DNA of 64,000 nucleotides, taken from assembly GCA_964535015.1 (NCBI GenBank), contig CAZHRU010000003.1, forward strand, positions 3,940 to 67,939. The letters are read 5' to 3'. A program made the translations under genes and the position numbers. Positions within the stretch are counted from its first letter, which is position 1; each line of letters opens with the position of its first letter. Origin of the DNA: an uncultured Verrucomicrobiota bacterium (GTDB lineage Bacteria > Verrucomicrobiota > Kiritimatiellia > CAIKKV01 > CAITUY01). Positions 17,704 through 26,837 of this stretch are shown here, piece by piece. Under the pieces are notes generated by a model. That model did no database searches and was not told the origin of the DNA. It saw only the letters and a program-made list of their open reading frames with translations.

Positions 17704-19370
17704 GTGGGTTTCTCCTGTCGTACGGGTTGAAAGGGAGTGATGCCGATCAAGGTGCTTTCGATCAGTTCGTGCAATTCCCTCATGTTCCAGGGTTTGCGGA
17801 GGGAAGGGATGGAAAACCGGTTCAAGAGGTCCTTGGTGTTTTCATCCACTGAAGCCCCGGTGACGGCCACGATGGGGACAAGGCGGGTGGCGGGGGCCTC
17901 CTTGAGTTGGAGGATGACATCGGAGCCGTTCATGTCCTCGAGATGGATATCCATGAGGATCATGCTGGGCGGGGCATTCAGGGCGCGTCGGAGGATGGCC
18001 TCGCCGTCGGTGAGGGAATCCACCCGGTAGCCGCGGGCGATCAACTGGGCGGCCAGCAGGGCTTGGATGGAGAGGTTGCTGGTGGCGATGAGCAGGGAGG
18101 GAGTGGGGGCGACCGGCAGGGAGATGGTGACGCAGGTGCCGTTTGGGGCGTTTGGCGGGGGGCTGGCGATGTCGAGACTGCCGCCGTGGAGGTGCATGAT
18201 CTCCTTGGAGATTGCCAGGCCCAGGCCGGTGCCGGAGATATGGGTCCCCACGCGGAAGTAACGCTCGGTTACACGTTGGAGGGCGGCGGGTGGAATGCCG
18301 ATGCCGTTATCGGCAACGGAAATGGCCGCCAAGCCCGGCGGGTCACTTGCGGGGAAGATGCTGATGGTGATGCGTCCACCGGCGGGGGTGAACTTGATGG
18401 CGTTAGACAGGATGTTCTGCAGGACGCGTTGAACCATGCCGGGGTCGCAGAGGACAAAGTCCAGACCGCGAGTGGCACCGACATTCAGGGTGAGGCGGGC
18501 CGCTTCGATTTGGACGCGCAGGGAATCAGTGGTGCGGGAGATCAGGTAACGGAGGGGCGTGGCGACGGGGTTGATGGTCAGGGCATGGTTATCCAGGCGG
18601 CTGACATCGAGGATGCGGTCAATGGTGCTCACGAGGCGTTCGCACTCTGAGTCGAACATTTTCAGGTAGCGGTTGGCCTGGTCGGGCAGGGGCCCCGCGA
18701 TGCCCTTGAGCAGGTTACGGGTGCCGTACATGATGGACGTCAACGGGGTCTTGAGTTCGTGGGAGACATTGGCGACGAACTCCGATTTTTCCTTGTTGTG
18801 GCGTTCGAGTTTGACGATGGCTTCGCGCAGTTGCTGTTCCGTCCCGATACGGCGCGTGATTTCAGTCTGGAGGGCATCCACGGCCCTGGAGAGTTCGGCG
18901 GCGCGTTGCTGGACCCGTTCCTCAAGTTCGTCGCGGGAGGTGCGGAGTTCGACTTCGATGCGTTTGAGTTCAGCCTGGGCAAAGTGACGTTCGAGGGCGT
19001 GCCGGATGACGCGTTCCAGCATTTCGGGTTCGAAGTGGCCCTTGATGAGGTAGTCGGCGGCGCCGCCATGGATGGCAAGGGTTTCGACGGTGCTGTCCTC
19101 CATGCCGGTCAGGACGACGAAGGGAGCATGGAAGCCTTTGGTTGCGGCGGCGCGCATCAATTCGAGGGCGTCATGACCGATGTCGAGTTTCAGGTCGGTG
19201 AGGCAGAGGTCATAGGTAGTGTTGGTGAGGCGGTCGAGAGCGTCGTCATAGGAGTAGGCGAGATCAGCGACGAAGCGGGAGGACTTGCTGCGGGCCAGCA
19301 TGGCGCTCGTCAGCAGGGCATCCTCCCTGTTGTCATCCACCAGCAGTACTTTAATGGTATCCAGTCTCAT
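17700..19370 (-). CDS. REC-HisKA-HATPase-REC hybrid kinase
   Basis: VLLVDDN REC, VSHELKTPL, NILSNAIKFT, DNGIGI, GTGLGL, and a C-terminal REC (MDIHLEDMNG). Confidence 0.9.
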   Translation of the reverse strand: MRLDTIKVLLVDDNREDALLTSAMLARSKSSRFVADLAYSYDDALDRLTNTTYDLCLTDLKLDIGHDALELMRAAATKGFHAPFVVLTGMEDSTVETLAIHGGAADYLIKGHFEPEMLERVIRHALERHFAQAELKRIEVELRTSRDELEERVQQRAAELSRAVDALQTEITRRIGTEQQLREAIVKLERHNKEKSEFVANVSHELKTPLTSIMYGTRNLLKGIAGPLPDQANRYLKMFDSECERLVSTIDRILDVSRLDNHALTINPVATPLRYLISRTTDSLRVQIEAARLTLNVGATRGLDFVLCDPGMVQRVLQNILSNAIKFTPAGGRITISIFPASDPPGLAAISVADNGIGIPPAALQRVTERYFRVGTHISGTGLGLAISKEIMHLHGGSLDIASPPPNAPNGTCVTISLPVAPTPSLLIATSNLSIQALLAAQLIARGYRVDSLTDGEAILRRALNAPPSMILMDIHLEDMNGSDVILQLKEAPATRLVPIVAVTGASVDENTKDLLNRFSIPSLRKPWNMRELHELIESTLIGITPFQPVRQEKPT

Positions 19371-19451
19371 GGTAGACGTTGGGGAACGACGTCTCGATCA
19401 CTGACTGGAGAGTAACCCGTTTCCAGGGCATCCGGTCAAGTGAAATACACG

Positions 19452-20597
19452 TCAGAAAAGCCAGGAGAGGTCATCGTCGCTGGACGGCGGCCTGGTTTTT
19501 CGGCGGGGTTTGGAGGGTTTACGCGGGGGTGGGGGATGGGTTGCCTGCCATTCCAGTTCGGCTAACAGGGCATCGATGGAATTCAACTCGGTGGCGAGAT
19601 CGTCCGCTTCGTCGGTAAGATCCGCGCGGATTCGCCGGATGAACGCGGGGTTCTTGATGCGGGTCTGGTAATCCCAGGCGGGGTTTGACTTGGCGCGCCG
19701 GATTTCCGAACGGGTGGATTGGAGGGATTGCTTCAGTTTGCGGATCAGAAGATGAATTGTGGAAACGGGGGTATGGGCGCCGAGGCCGGTTTCTTCGTTA
19801 TCACAACGGGCGAGGATGCTCTGGAGGGCCTGGGTATCATGTCGGGAATAGGCCGCCTGTGCCTCGTGCCAGAGGTTCTTACGGGCCTCGGACATGTGGC
19901 CGTGATGATCGGGATGGAGGCGGCGGACGATGGCCCGGTAGAGTTCCTTGATGGTCTTTGTCTCGGCGTGTGATCGATGCGGGGTTCGTGCGGGAGGGCG
20001 GGCACCGAAGAAACTCTCGAAAAAGTCGCTGAAGTCATCGTAGTCGTTATCCGGGATTGATTCGAAGTCCTCGTCATCCAAGCCGAAGATGTCATTCCTG
20101 TCGTCGGCATCCTCCTCTGGGTCGTGGGCGTCGGGGTTCTGTTTGCGGCGTTGTTCCTCCTCCTGGGCCAGGCGGAGGTCTTCTTCTTCGGCCTCCTTGG
20201 GGTGGGCGCGGCGCCACTTGGCCTTGAGGTAGGCCTCGGGTTCGGAGAGGTTGCGGTGGCGGACAAGGAAACCGATTTCGTTGACTAGGGCCTGTTTGTC
20301 GCGGATTTTTTCAACCAGTTCGCGGGAGTTGGTGAGGATCTGGCCGAAGGTTTGATGGAGCCATGAGCGGAAGCCGGGGATATCGCGCTCGTGGTGTTGC
20401 TTCAATTGGGATTTCAGTTGTTCCAGGGAGCGTTCGTGTTTCTGGTAGTCCTTGAGTGCTTTCTTGCGGATGGTATTGGTGTTGAGGGGGATGATGCTTC
20501 GGATGGGGTTGGCGGGAGGGCGGGGAGCCAGCGGGGGGCGGCCGCGGCGGGGGGTGTACGGGACGGACAAGGGGCGGTATTTTCGTGACGGCGGCAT
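19452..20597 (-). CDS. Coiled-coil protein with internal J-domain-like segment
   Basis: IKELYRAIVRRLHPD (HPD motif), preceded by an acidic tract and coiled coils. Confidence 0.7.
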   Translation of the reverse strand: MPPSRKYRPLSVPYTPRRGRPPLAPRPPANPIRSIIPLNTNTIRKKALKDYQKHERSLEQLKSQLKQHHERDIPGFRSWLHQTFGQILTNSRELVEKIRDKQALVNEIGFLVRHRNLSEPEAYLKAKWRRAHPKEAEEEDLRLAQEEEQRRKQNPDAHDPEEDADDRNDIFGLDDEDFESIPDNDYDDFSDFFESFFGARPPARTPHRSHAETKTIKELYRAIVRRLHPDHHGHMSEARKNLWHEAQAAYSRHDTQALQSILARCDNEETGLGAHTPVSTIHLLIRKLKQSLQSTRSEIRRAKSNPAWDYQTRIKNPAFIRRIRADLTDEADDLATELNSIDALLAELEWQATHPPPPRKPSKPRRKTRPPSSDDDLSWLF

Positions 20598-20639
20598 GAC
20601 GTGTGGCTTAAGAGAAAGTGCGATGGTGAGGGGTGATGT

Positions 20640-21377
20640 TTACGGGGCGGAGTCGATGGCGTAGTCGAGGGTCACGACGGCCTTGGCGGTCTTCTCAATG
20701 GAGGAGGTGTCGTACTCGCCATATCCGGAAGTGTCGGTGGAGTGCCGTTCGGTGATCTGAAAGACGCCCTGTTGCGCGGAGATCAGGGAGCCCACTTTGC
20801 CTTTGCTGCCTTTGGCGAGGGCCAGGGCACGACGGTAACCGTCATCGGTCGCCTGGGCGAGTAACCGGAGTTTCGTATCCTTCAGATCGGTGACCATGAA
20901 CATGGGGGCGGAGGCCCTGATATCCACATCGTCCCGGATCAGGTCCGTGATGCGGGTGGCGGTGTCACGGATGAGGACGACATTGGTGGAGGTGACGGTA
21001 ATGTCCTGGGTTACATCGTAATATTCGGTCTCGTTGGTTTCTTTGCCTTGGAGATCGCGTTTGGCGACTTTGGAGTTGTTGATGGTGTGAAGTACCGTTT
21101 CACTGTCGCGCAGACCCATTTGTTTTATGAGGGCGAGGGTGGCGTTGCGGCTGGACTGCAGTTTGTCGTAGGCGTCTTTCATGCTGTTCCCGCGCGCGGA
21201 ACAGGTGCAGGAGAATTTGCCGACATCGGAGGTGATATCGGCCTCGGCGTAACCTTTCACGGTGATGGCCTGTTCATGGCGGATGCGGAGGAAGAACTTG
21301 GAGAGCATCGAGGCCGACAGGATCATGCCTGCCGCCAGGATGAGGGCGGCGAGGGAGAGTTTCATCAGGTTATTCAT
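20640..21377 (-). CDS. SIMPL (DUF541) domain periplasmic protein
   Basis: N-terminal TM, ITVKGYAE, AQQGVFQI, DTSSIEKTAKAVVT. The start overlaps the upstream stop. Confidence 0.8.
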   Translation of the reverse strand: MNNLMKLSLAALILAAGMILSASMLSKFFLRIRHEQAITVKGYAEADITSDVGKFSCTCSARGNSMKDAYDKLQSSRNATLALIKQMGLRDSETVLHTINNSKVAKRDLQGKETNETEYYDVTQDITVTSTNVVLIRDTATRITDLIRDDVDIRASAPMFMVTDLKDTKLRLLAQATDDGYRRALALAKGSKGKVGSLISAQQGVFQITERHSTDTSGYGEYDTSSIEKTAKAVVTLDYAIDSAP

Positions 21378-23247
21378 GGGGGGCCTTTGGGTTTGAGGTG
21401 TTTGTGTTATGGAGGCGAAGGATGGTTTCGACCACTTTGGCGGGGGAGAGGATATCGGTGTCGATCTGGTGGGGTATGGATCCGTACAGGGATTTTCGTT
21501 TTTCGAGCAACTCCCGGATACGCTGGAGGCGGTCCTGCTCCTCAAGGAGGGGGCGGTGGTTTGCCTTGGCGGTGCGCTTGAAGATGGTATCGGGCGAGGC
21601 AGTCAGGCAGACCATCAGGCCGGTGCGCTGGTAATCGCGGATGTTGTCGGGGTTAAGGACGACCCCGCCGCCACAACCGATCACCAGTCCCTGGCGGGCG
21701 GATAATTCCTTGGTGAGTTCGCGTTCCATGTTGCGGAAATGGGGTTCGCCCTCCTCGGCAAAGATACGGGTGATGGATTTGCCGGCTCGCGCCTCGATCA
21801 TGTGGTCCATGTCGATGAACTCCATGTTGAGTCGGTTGGCCAGTTGTTTGCCGACGGTGGTTTTTCCGGTTCCCATAAAGCCCATGAGGACGATGTTCTT
21901 TTGGGAAGGATTGATGGTTGATGGTTGATGGTTGATGGAAGAGGAGAAGACCTGGATGCCGTCGCGGAAGGTCATGACGGCGCGTCCCTGGAGGGACCAG
22001 CCTTCGAACGGGGTGTTGCGGGATTTCGAGGCAAAGGAGTCGGCATGGACAGTCCATTCGGTGTTCAGGTCGAGGAGGACCAGGTTGGCGGGTTGGCCCA
22101 GGGCGAGGCTGGGGGGTGGCAGGCCCAGGATGGCGGCGGGGCCGGTGGTCCAGCGGGCCACCCAGTCCGTCAGGGAAAGGAGTCCTTTGCGGACGAGGAG
22201 GGAGAAGGTGACGCCGACGGCGGTTTCGAGGCCGATGACGCCGAAGGGGGCCCCGGTGAAACCGCGGGCCTTGGAAGCGGCGGTGTGGGGCGCGTGATCG
22301 GTGGCGAAGCAGGCGATGGTGCCATCAACGAGGCCATGTATGAGTTCCTCGCGATCGGCGAAGGATCGCAGGGGTGGATTCATCTTGAAGGCATCCGCAC
22401 AGTCGGGGCGGACGTCGTCATCGGTCAGGGCGAGATGATGGGGGGTCAGTTCGGCAGAGACGTGGAGTCCGCGTTGTTGGGCGTTGCGGATCAGTCTGAC
22501 GGATTCACCGGCGGAGAGGTGTTGGATATGGATGGCGCCGCCGGTGGTTTCGGCCAGGCGGATATCGCGGGCGACGATGGCGGTCTCGGCTTCGGAGGGA
22601 ATGCCGGGCAGGTTGAGGGTTTGGGATCGGAGTCCATCATGCATGACGCCGTTGCCGGCGAGGCGCGGGTCGAGGGCGTGATCCATGAGCGGGTGACCGG
22701 TGGCGGCAGAGCGCCGCATGGCTTCCTCCATGAGGGAGGTATTGGTGACGGTGCAACCGTCGTCGGTAAAGGCCACGGCGCCGGCCCGGGCAAGCGCCTC
22801 GATATCGGTGAGGGCGTGGCCGGCGCGGTTGCGGGTGATGCAGGGGGCGGGCAGGACACGGGCGAGGTTGGCGGCGGCGGCGCGGGTGGCGAGGGTGGCG
22901 ATCTCGGCCGGGCAATCCATGGCGGGATTGGTGTTTGGCATGGCGACGATGGTGGTGAAGCCGCCTTGGACAGCGGCCCGGCAGGCGGTTTCGACGGATT
23001 CCGCCGCTTCGTTGCCGGGCTGGCGCAAATGGACATGCAGGTCAATCAGGCCCGGCACGGCCACAAGGTTGGTGCCGTCAATGACGGTACAGTCCGGGGG
23101 AAGGGAGGAATGGTTGATGGTTAATGGTTGATGGAGAATGGGGAGAGGGGCAAAGACGCCGTTTTGGATGAAGAGGTCGCCGATGAAATCCCGGTTTGAG
23201 ACGGGGTCCACGATGCGGGCGTTCTTGATATACCATGAAGGGTTCAT
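21370..23247 (-). CDS. pyrC: Dihydroorotase-shikimate kinase fusion (PyrC-AroK)
   Basis: PGLIDLHVHLRQPG, MPNT, FKMNPPLR, ATDHAPH and SRNTPF, continuing in frame to NIVLMGFMGTGKTTVG...GGGVV...RPLL. Confidence 0.9.
   Translation of the reverse strand: MNPSWYIKNARIVDPVSNRDFIGDLFIQNGVFAPLPILHQPLTINHSSLPPDCTVIDGTNLVAVPGLIDLHVHLRQPGNEAAESVETACRAAVQGGFTTIVAMPNTNPAMDCPAEIATLATRAAAANLARVLPAPCITRNRAGHALTDIEALARAGAVAFTDDGCTVTNTSLMEEAMRRSAATGHPLMDHALDPRLAGNGVMHDGLRSQTLNLPGIPSEAETAIVARDIRLAETTGGAIHIQHLSAGESVRLIRNAQQRGLHVSAELTPHHLALTDDDVRPDCADAFKMNPPLRSFADREELIHGLVDGTIACFATDHAPHTAASKARGFTGAPFGVIGLETAVGVTFSLLVRKGLLSLTDWVARWTTGPAAILGLPPPSLALGQPANLVLLDLNTEWTVHADSFASKSRNTPFEGWSLQGRAVMTFRDGIQVFSSSINHQPSTINPSQKNIVLMGFMGTGKTTVGKQLANRLNMEFIDMDHMIEARAGKSITRIFAEEGEPHFRNMERELTKELSARQGLVIGCGGGVVLNPDNIRDYQRTGLMVCLTASPDTIFKRTAKANHRPLLEEQDRLQRIRELLEKRKSLYGSIPHQIDTDILSPAKVVETILRLHNTNTSNPKAPHE
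21911..21938. repeat. Heptamer tandem repeat (TTGATGG)x4 encoding the PyrC-AroK linker
   Basis: Read directly. Degenerate copies occur at 23111-23134 and 26131-26154. Confidence 0.9.
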
Positions 23248-23279
23248 ATGTCGGACTTGATGTATACACCAGCGGCGGC

Positions 23280-23307
23280 TTGACAGAAAAGCGATAAATG
23301 GTAGTTT
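23280..23307 (+). promoter_or_regulatory. Putative sigma-70 promoter of the rpmH operon
   Basis: TTGACA-16 nt-TAGTTT with a TG extended -10 element. Confidence 0.6.
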
Positions 23308-23352
23308 GAACCCCTTTTCAGTGGGATTGCAGAGGTTAGTGAGGGACAAACG

Positions 23353-23487
23353 ATGAAGATGACGTATCAGCCGAAGAAGAAGAAGCGCCAGCGCAAGTGT
23401 GGTTTCAGGAAACGTATGAAGACGGTTGGAGGCCGCAGGGTGATTGCCAGTCGCCGTCAAAAGGGTCGGAAAAAGCTTTCCGAGTAA
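23353..23487 (+). CDS. rpmH: 50S ribosomal protein L34 (too short for the ORF track)
   Basis: Manual translation gives [44 protein letters not shown], upstream of rnpA. Confidence 0.95.
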   Translation: MKMTYQPKKKKRQRKCGFRKRMKTVGGRRVIASRRQKGRKKLSE

Positions 23488-23523
23488 CAGCGCCTGTTCG
23501 GCCCGAAGGGGCAGGGAACGACG

Positions 23524-23617
23524 ATGAACGCCGTTACCCGCAGGCGTGTGGAGGCAACTCCACGCTGGCGGGTGGCGCTTTGCCCGGGTGGGCAGAGCCG
23601 GCGTTCATTTTGTGTTT
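23524..23617 (+). other. Structured RNA element / terminator-like three-way junction between rpmH and rnpA
   Basis: ATGAACGCCG/CGGCGTTCAT closing stem, two internal hairpins (one with a GCAA tetraloop), followed by TTTGTGTTT. Confidence 0.55.
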
Positions 23618-23658
23618 CAGGAGGCGGTTCGCGGGAATGGCGGGCATGGAAGAATGCG

Positions 23659-24048
23659 ATGACGACAGACCGGACAGCCGAATCAGGGAAGGTGAAGCGG
23701 CCGGACGTCGGGTTGTGCCGGGCCCAGCGGTTGACCCGGCCTGAGGATTTTACGGCCATCTATGAGCAGGGCCGGTCCATGGCGGGGCGGTGCATGGTGT
23801 TGTGGGTGGGGAAAGGGCCGGGCACGTCGCTGCGTCTGGGCGTGGTGGCCAGTCGTGTGATTGGCGACGCGGTGCGCCGGAACCGGGCGAAGCGGCGGTT
23901 GCGGGAAGTCTGGCGACTGAACCGGCACCGGTGGACGGCGGATGTGGATGTTATTCTGGTGGCCCGGCGGACGATTATTTTGGCGAGCTGGGAGGACGTG
24001 GTGGCTGACCTTCTGAAACTGGCGCGAAAGGCGGGACTGGGGGCATGA
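23659..24048 (+). CDS. rnpA: Ribonuclease P protein component
   Basis: RLTRPEDF, RLGVVASR, AVRRNRAKRRLRE motif, and gene context. Confidence 0.92.
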   Translation: MTTDRTAESGKVKRPDVGLCRAQRLTRPEDFTAIYEQGRSMAGRCMVLWVGKGPGTSLRLGVVASRVIGDAVRRNRAKRRLREVWRLNRHRWTADVDVILVARRTIILASWEDVVADLLKLARKAGLGA

Positions 24049-24293
24049 TCCGCAAGGCGTTCATTCTGCTGATCAAAGGGTATCAGCGCAGTCTGGCGTT
24101 GATCCTTGGCGGGCAGTGCCGGTTTTATCCGACCTGTTCGGCGTATGGAATTGAGGCGATTGAGACGCATGGGGTCCTGCGGGGAATCCTGTTGGGGGCC
24201 CGGCGTGTGGTGCGGTGTCATCCCTTTCATCCGGGAGGCGTGGATCCGGTTCCGCCGCGGGTGGAGCGGGGTGGTGTCGTGCGAGAACGATAA
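24045..24293 (+). CDS. yidD: Membrane protein insertion efficiency factor
   Basis: CRFYPTCSAY...RCHPFHPGGVDPVP. Confidence 0.95.
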   Translation: MIRKAFILLIKGYQRSLALILGGQCRFYPTCSAYGIEAIETHGVLRGILLGARRVVRCHPFHPGGVDPVPPRVERGGVVRER

Positions 24294-24328
24294 GACGGGC
24301 TGGGAAACAGCCCTTTGGAGTACAGGCG

Positions 24329-26137
24329 ATGAGCAAGCAGAAATTACCGATCAAAGACATCCTGATAATCGCGGCGCTGTTTGGCGCCATGTTGGCCTGG
24401 GGGCCTGTGTACCAGAAGTTCCTGGCACCGCCGCCCGTGGCGGTGACGCCCGGCGTTGTCACGGAGGCCACCACTAATGCGGTGCCGCCGCCAGTCGAGG
24501 TAGTGGCGCCAGTCGTCGTCAAGGCGCAACCGGCGGTGGTGGATGCGCCGGTGTTGCAGGCGGCCACCACTGCGCGGAGGCCCGAGGAAACCTTCGTCAT
24601 CAGCAACCAGTTTATTCATGCGACCCTGACGTCGCGCGGGGGCGGCGTGGTGTCCGTTGAGTTGCCGTCTTTTTCGGTGACCAAGAAGGATCTGCGTCCG
24701 GTGGTGTTGGATTTCAAACGGTTCCCGGCACTGGCGTACGAAGGCTGGGAAGGATTGGATGTCGGCGCTGATTATTCGATCACGGTGCTTTCCAACGGTG
24801 TGGCGGCCCGGTTGGAAGCGACGCGGGCGGACGGGGTCCGGTTGGAGCGCCATATTGCGCTGGGCGAACGTTACCTGCTGACGGTGCAGGATCGTCTGAT
24901 CAACACGGCTGGCGAGGTGCGGGCGGTACCGGCGGTGGCGATGACATTGGGCGACATGGAGATGCTCGAGGGTGAGGAGCGGATGACCGGGGTGGAGTTT
25001 CTGGGGATTGACTCCCTGCCGTCGGCGGGTGGCGGAGGGGTGCGGCACTGGATGAGCAAGCGGTGGTTTTCGGATGATCTGACGGTGGCGGACTATTTTC
25101 AGGAGGAACCGATTCGCGGTCACGGTTGCATTGGCCGGCCGAAGATGACCAAACCGCTGCCACACCGCGTCCGGGAGCGGATCAGCCAGAACATGGATTG
25201 GGTGGCGGCGAGGAACAAGTATTTCGTGCAGATCCTGGCGCCGCAAGGCGGGGCGGTGGGGTGTGATCTGATTGCCGACCGGGAGGTGGATCCCACGGAG
25301 GATCCCGCGCAGAGCCGGTCATGGGCCAGTGTGGCGGTGCCTTTGCGCGTGGCGGGTGCGGTGCGGTTCCCTGAACGGGTGCTGGCGCCGGGCGAGGCGG
25401 CGGTGCGTTCGCTGGAGTACTATGTCGGGCCGAAGGAGCTTTCCACCATCAGGCCGCTGGGTCGTCACATGAAGGAAGTGATGGACTTCGGAACGTTGAA
25501 GTGGGTTTGCGAGATTCTGGTTGTGGCGCTGACCTGGCTATACGCGGTGATTCCCAACTACGGGGTGGCGATCATCCTGTTGACCCTGATCGTGCGGGTG
25601 ATCTTCTGGCCCCTGACGCACAAGGGTACGGAGAGTATGAAGCGGATGCAGGAACTGCAGCCGAAGGTGAAGGCGTTGCAGGATCAATACCGCGACAAGC
25701 CGCAGAAGCTTCAGCAGGAGACCATGGCGTTATACCGGGAAAACAAGGTCAATCCGCTGGGCGGGTGTCTGCCGATGCTGATCCAGATTCCGGTGTTCTT
25801 TGCTTTGTTCAATGTGCTGCGCAGCGGGATTGAGTTGCGTTATGCGGGGTTCCTGTGGATTGGCGACTTGAGCGCCGCGGAGAACCTGTTGGCGGGGGTG
25901 TTGCCTTTCCCGATCAACATCCTGCCGCTCGTGATGGCGGCCACGCAGGCGTGGCAGCAGCATCTGACGCCTTCGGCGGGCGACCCGGCGCAACAGAAGA
26001 TGATGATGTTCATGCCGGTGATCATGTTGCTGTTCCTGTACTCCATGCCGTCAGGGCTGGTGTTGTACTGGACGGCCAACCAGGTGATGATGATCGTCCA
26101 GTTGTTATGGCAGCGGCGGATGAAGAAGAATGGTTAA
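24329..26137 (+). CDS. yidC: Membrane protein insertase YidC
   Basis: YVGPK, NYGVAIILLT, NPLGGCLPMLIQIPVF, FLWIGDLS, PSGLVLYW. Confidence 0.95.
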   Translation: MSKQKLPIKDILIIAALFGAMLAWGPVYQKFLAPPPVAVTPGVVTEATTNAVPPPVEVVAPVVVKAQPAVVDAPVLQAATTARRPEETFVISNQFIHATLTSRGGGVVSVELPSFSVTKKDLRPVVLDFKRFPALAYEGWEGLDVGADYSITVLSNGVAARLEATRADGVRLERHIALGERYLLTVQDRLINTAGEVRAVPAVAMTLGDMEMLEGEERMTGVEFLGIDSLPSAGGGGVRHWMSKRWFSDDLTVADYFQEEPIRGHGCIGRPKMTKPLPHRVRERISQNMDWVAARNKYFVQILAPQGGAVGCDLIADREVDPTEDPAQSRSWASVAVPLRVAGAVRFPERVLAPGEAAVRSLEYYVGPKELSTIRPLGRHMKEVMDFGTLKWVCEILVVALTWLYAVIPNYGVAIILLTLIVRVIFWPLTHKGTESMKRMQELQPKVKALQDQYRDKPQKLQQETMALYRENKVNPLGGCLPMLIQIPVFFALFNVLRSGIELRYAGFLWIGDLSAAENLLAGVLPFPINILPLVMAATQAWQQHLTPSAGDPAQQKMMMFMPVIMLLFLYSMPSGLVLYWTANQVMMIVQLLWQRRMKKNG

Positions 26138-26161
26138 TGGTTCATGGTTGATGGGGGAAAT

Positions 26162-26830
26162 ATGAACTGCTTCTGTTGTGGGCAATCGGGGTGGGTGATC
26201 GGGTTTGGCGTGGTGGCGTACCTGGTGGGGGCGATTCCGTTCGGGTTGTTGATTTCGCGGGCGAAGGGTGTGGACATCCGCAAGGTGGGGAGCGGGAACA
26301 TTGGCGCCACGAATGTGTTCCGGGCCGTCAGCAAGCCGCTGGGGATCCTGACGTTTGTGGCAGACGCCCTGAAGGGGTGGGTGCCCGCCTGGGTGTTTCC
26401 GCTGGTGGTGGCGAGGGTCGTGGAGGCGGGGGTTCCCGGAGAACTCGGGTTGGCCTATGGGGCGTTGGCGATCATGGGGCATACCTGGCCGGTGTATCTC
26501 GGGTTCAAGGGGGGGAAGGGCGTGGCCACGAGCGCCGGGGCGCTGATCGGGATTGCTCCGGCGGCGACGGGAGTTGGACTACTCTGCTGGGTGTTGGTGT
26601 TTGCGGTGTCGCGCTATGTGTCCCTGGCATCCATGGTGGCGGCGGCAACGGTGGCGGTGGCCGCCTGGGTTATGTATCGCGGAGCGGGTTTGGGATTGCC
26701 GGTGGCGTTGACGGTGCTGTCGGCATTGATTGTCTGGCGTCACAAGGCGAATATCCGGCGTCTGTTGGATGGCACGGAGCACCGGTTTTCCAAGAAGAAA
26801 TCAGCGGCGGCGGATCCTGCGGCGCAGTGA
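26162..26830 (+). CDS. plsY: Glycerol-3-phosphate acyltransferase PlsY
   Basis: YLVGAIPFG, DIRKVGSGNIGATN, FKGGKGVAT, RHKANIRRL..GTE. Confidence 0.95.
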   Translation: MNCFCCGQSGWVIGFGVVAYLVGAIPFGLLISRAKGVDIRKVGSGNIGATNVFRAVSKPLGILTFVADALKGWVPAWVFPLVVARVVEAGVPGELGLAYGALAIMGHTWPVYLGFKGGKGVATSAGALIGIAPAATGVGLLCWVLVFAVSRYVSLASMVAAATVAVAAWVMYRGAGLGLPVALTVLSALIVWRHKANIRRLLDGTEHRFSKKKSAAADPAAQ

Positions 26831-26837
26831 GGATACG

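Noticed and set aside
23248-23352. Replication origin next to rpmH
   Set aside because: There is no dnaA, no cluster of DnaA boxes was seen, and the G-rich skew of the + strand does not visibly switch here.
23248-23460. N-terminal extension of PyrC
   Set aside because: It is antisense to rpmH and its promoter.
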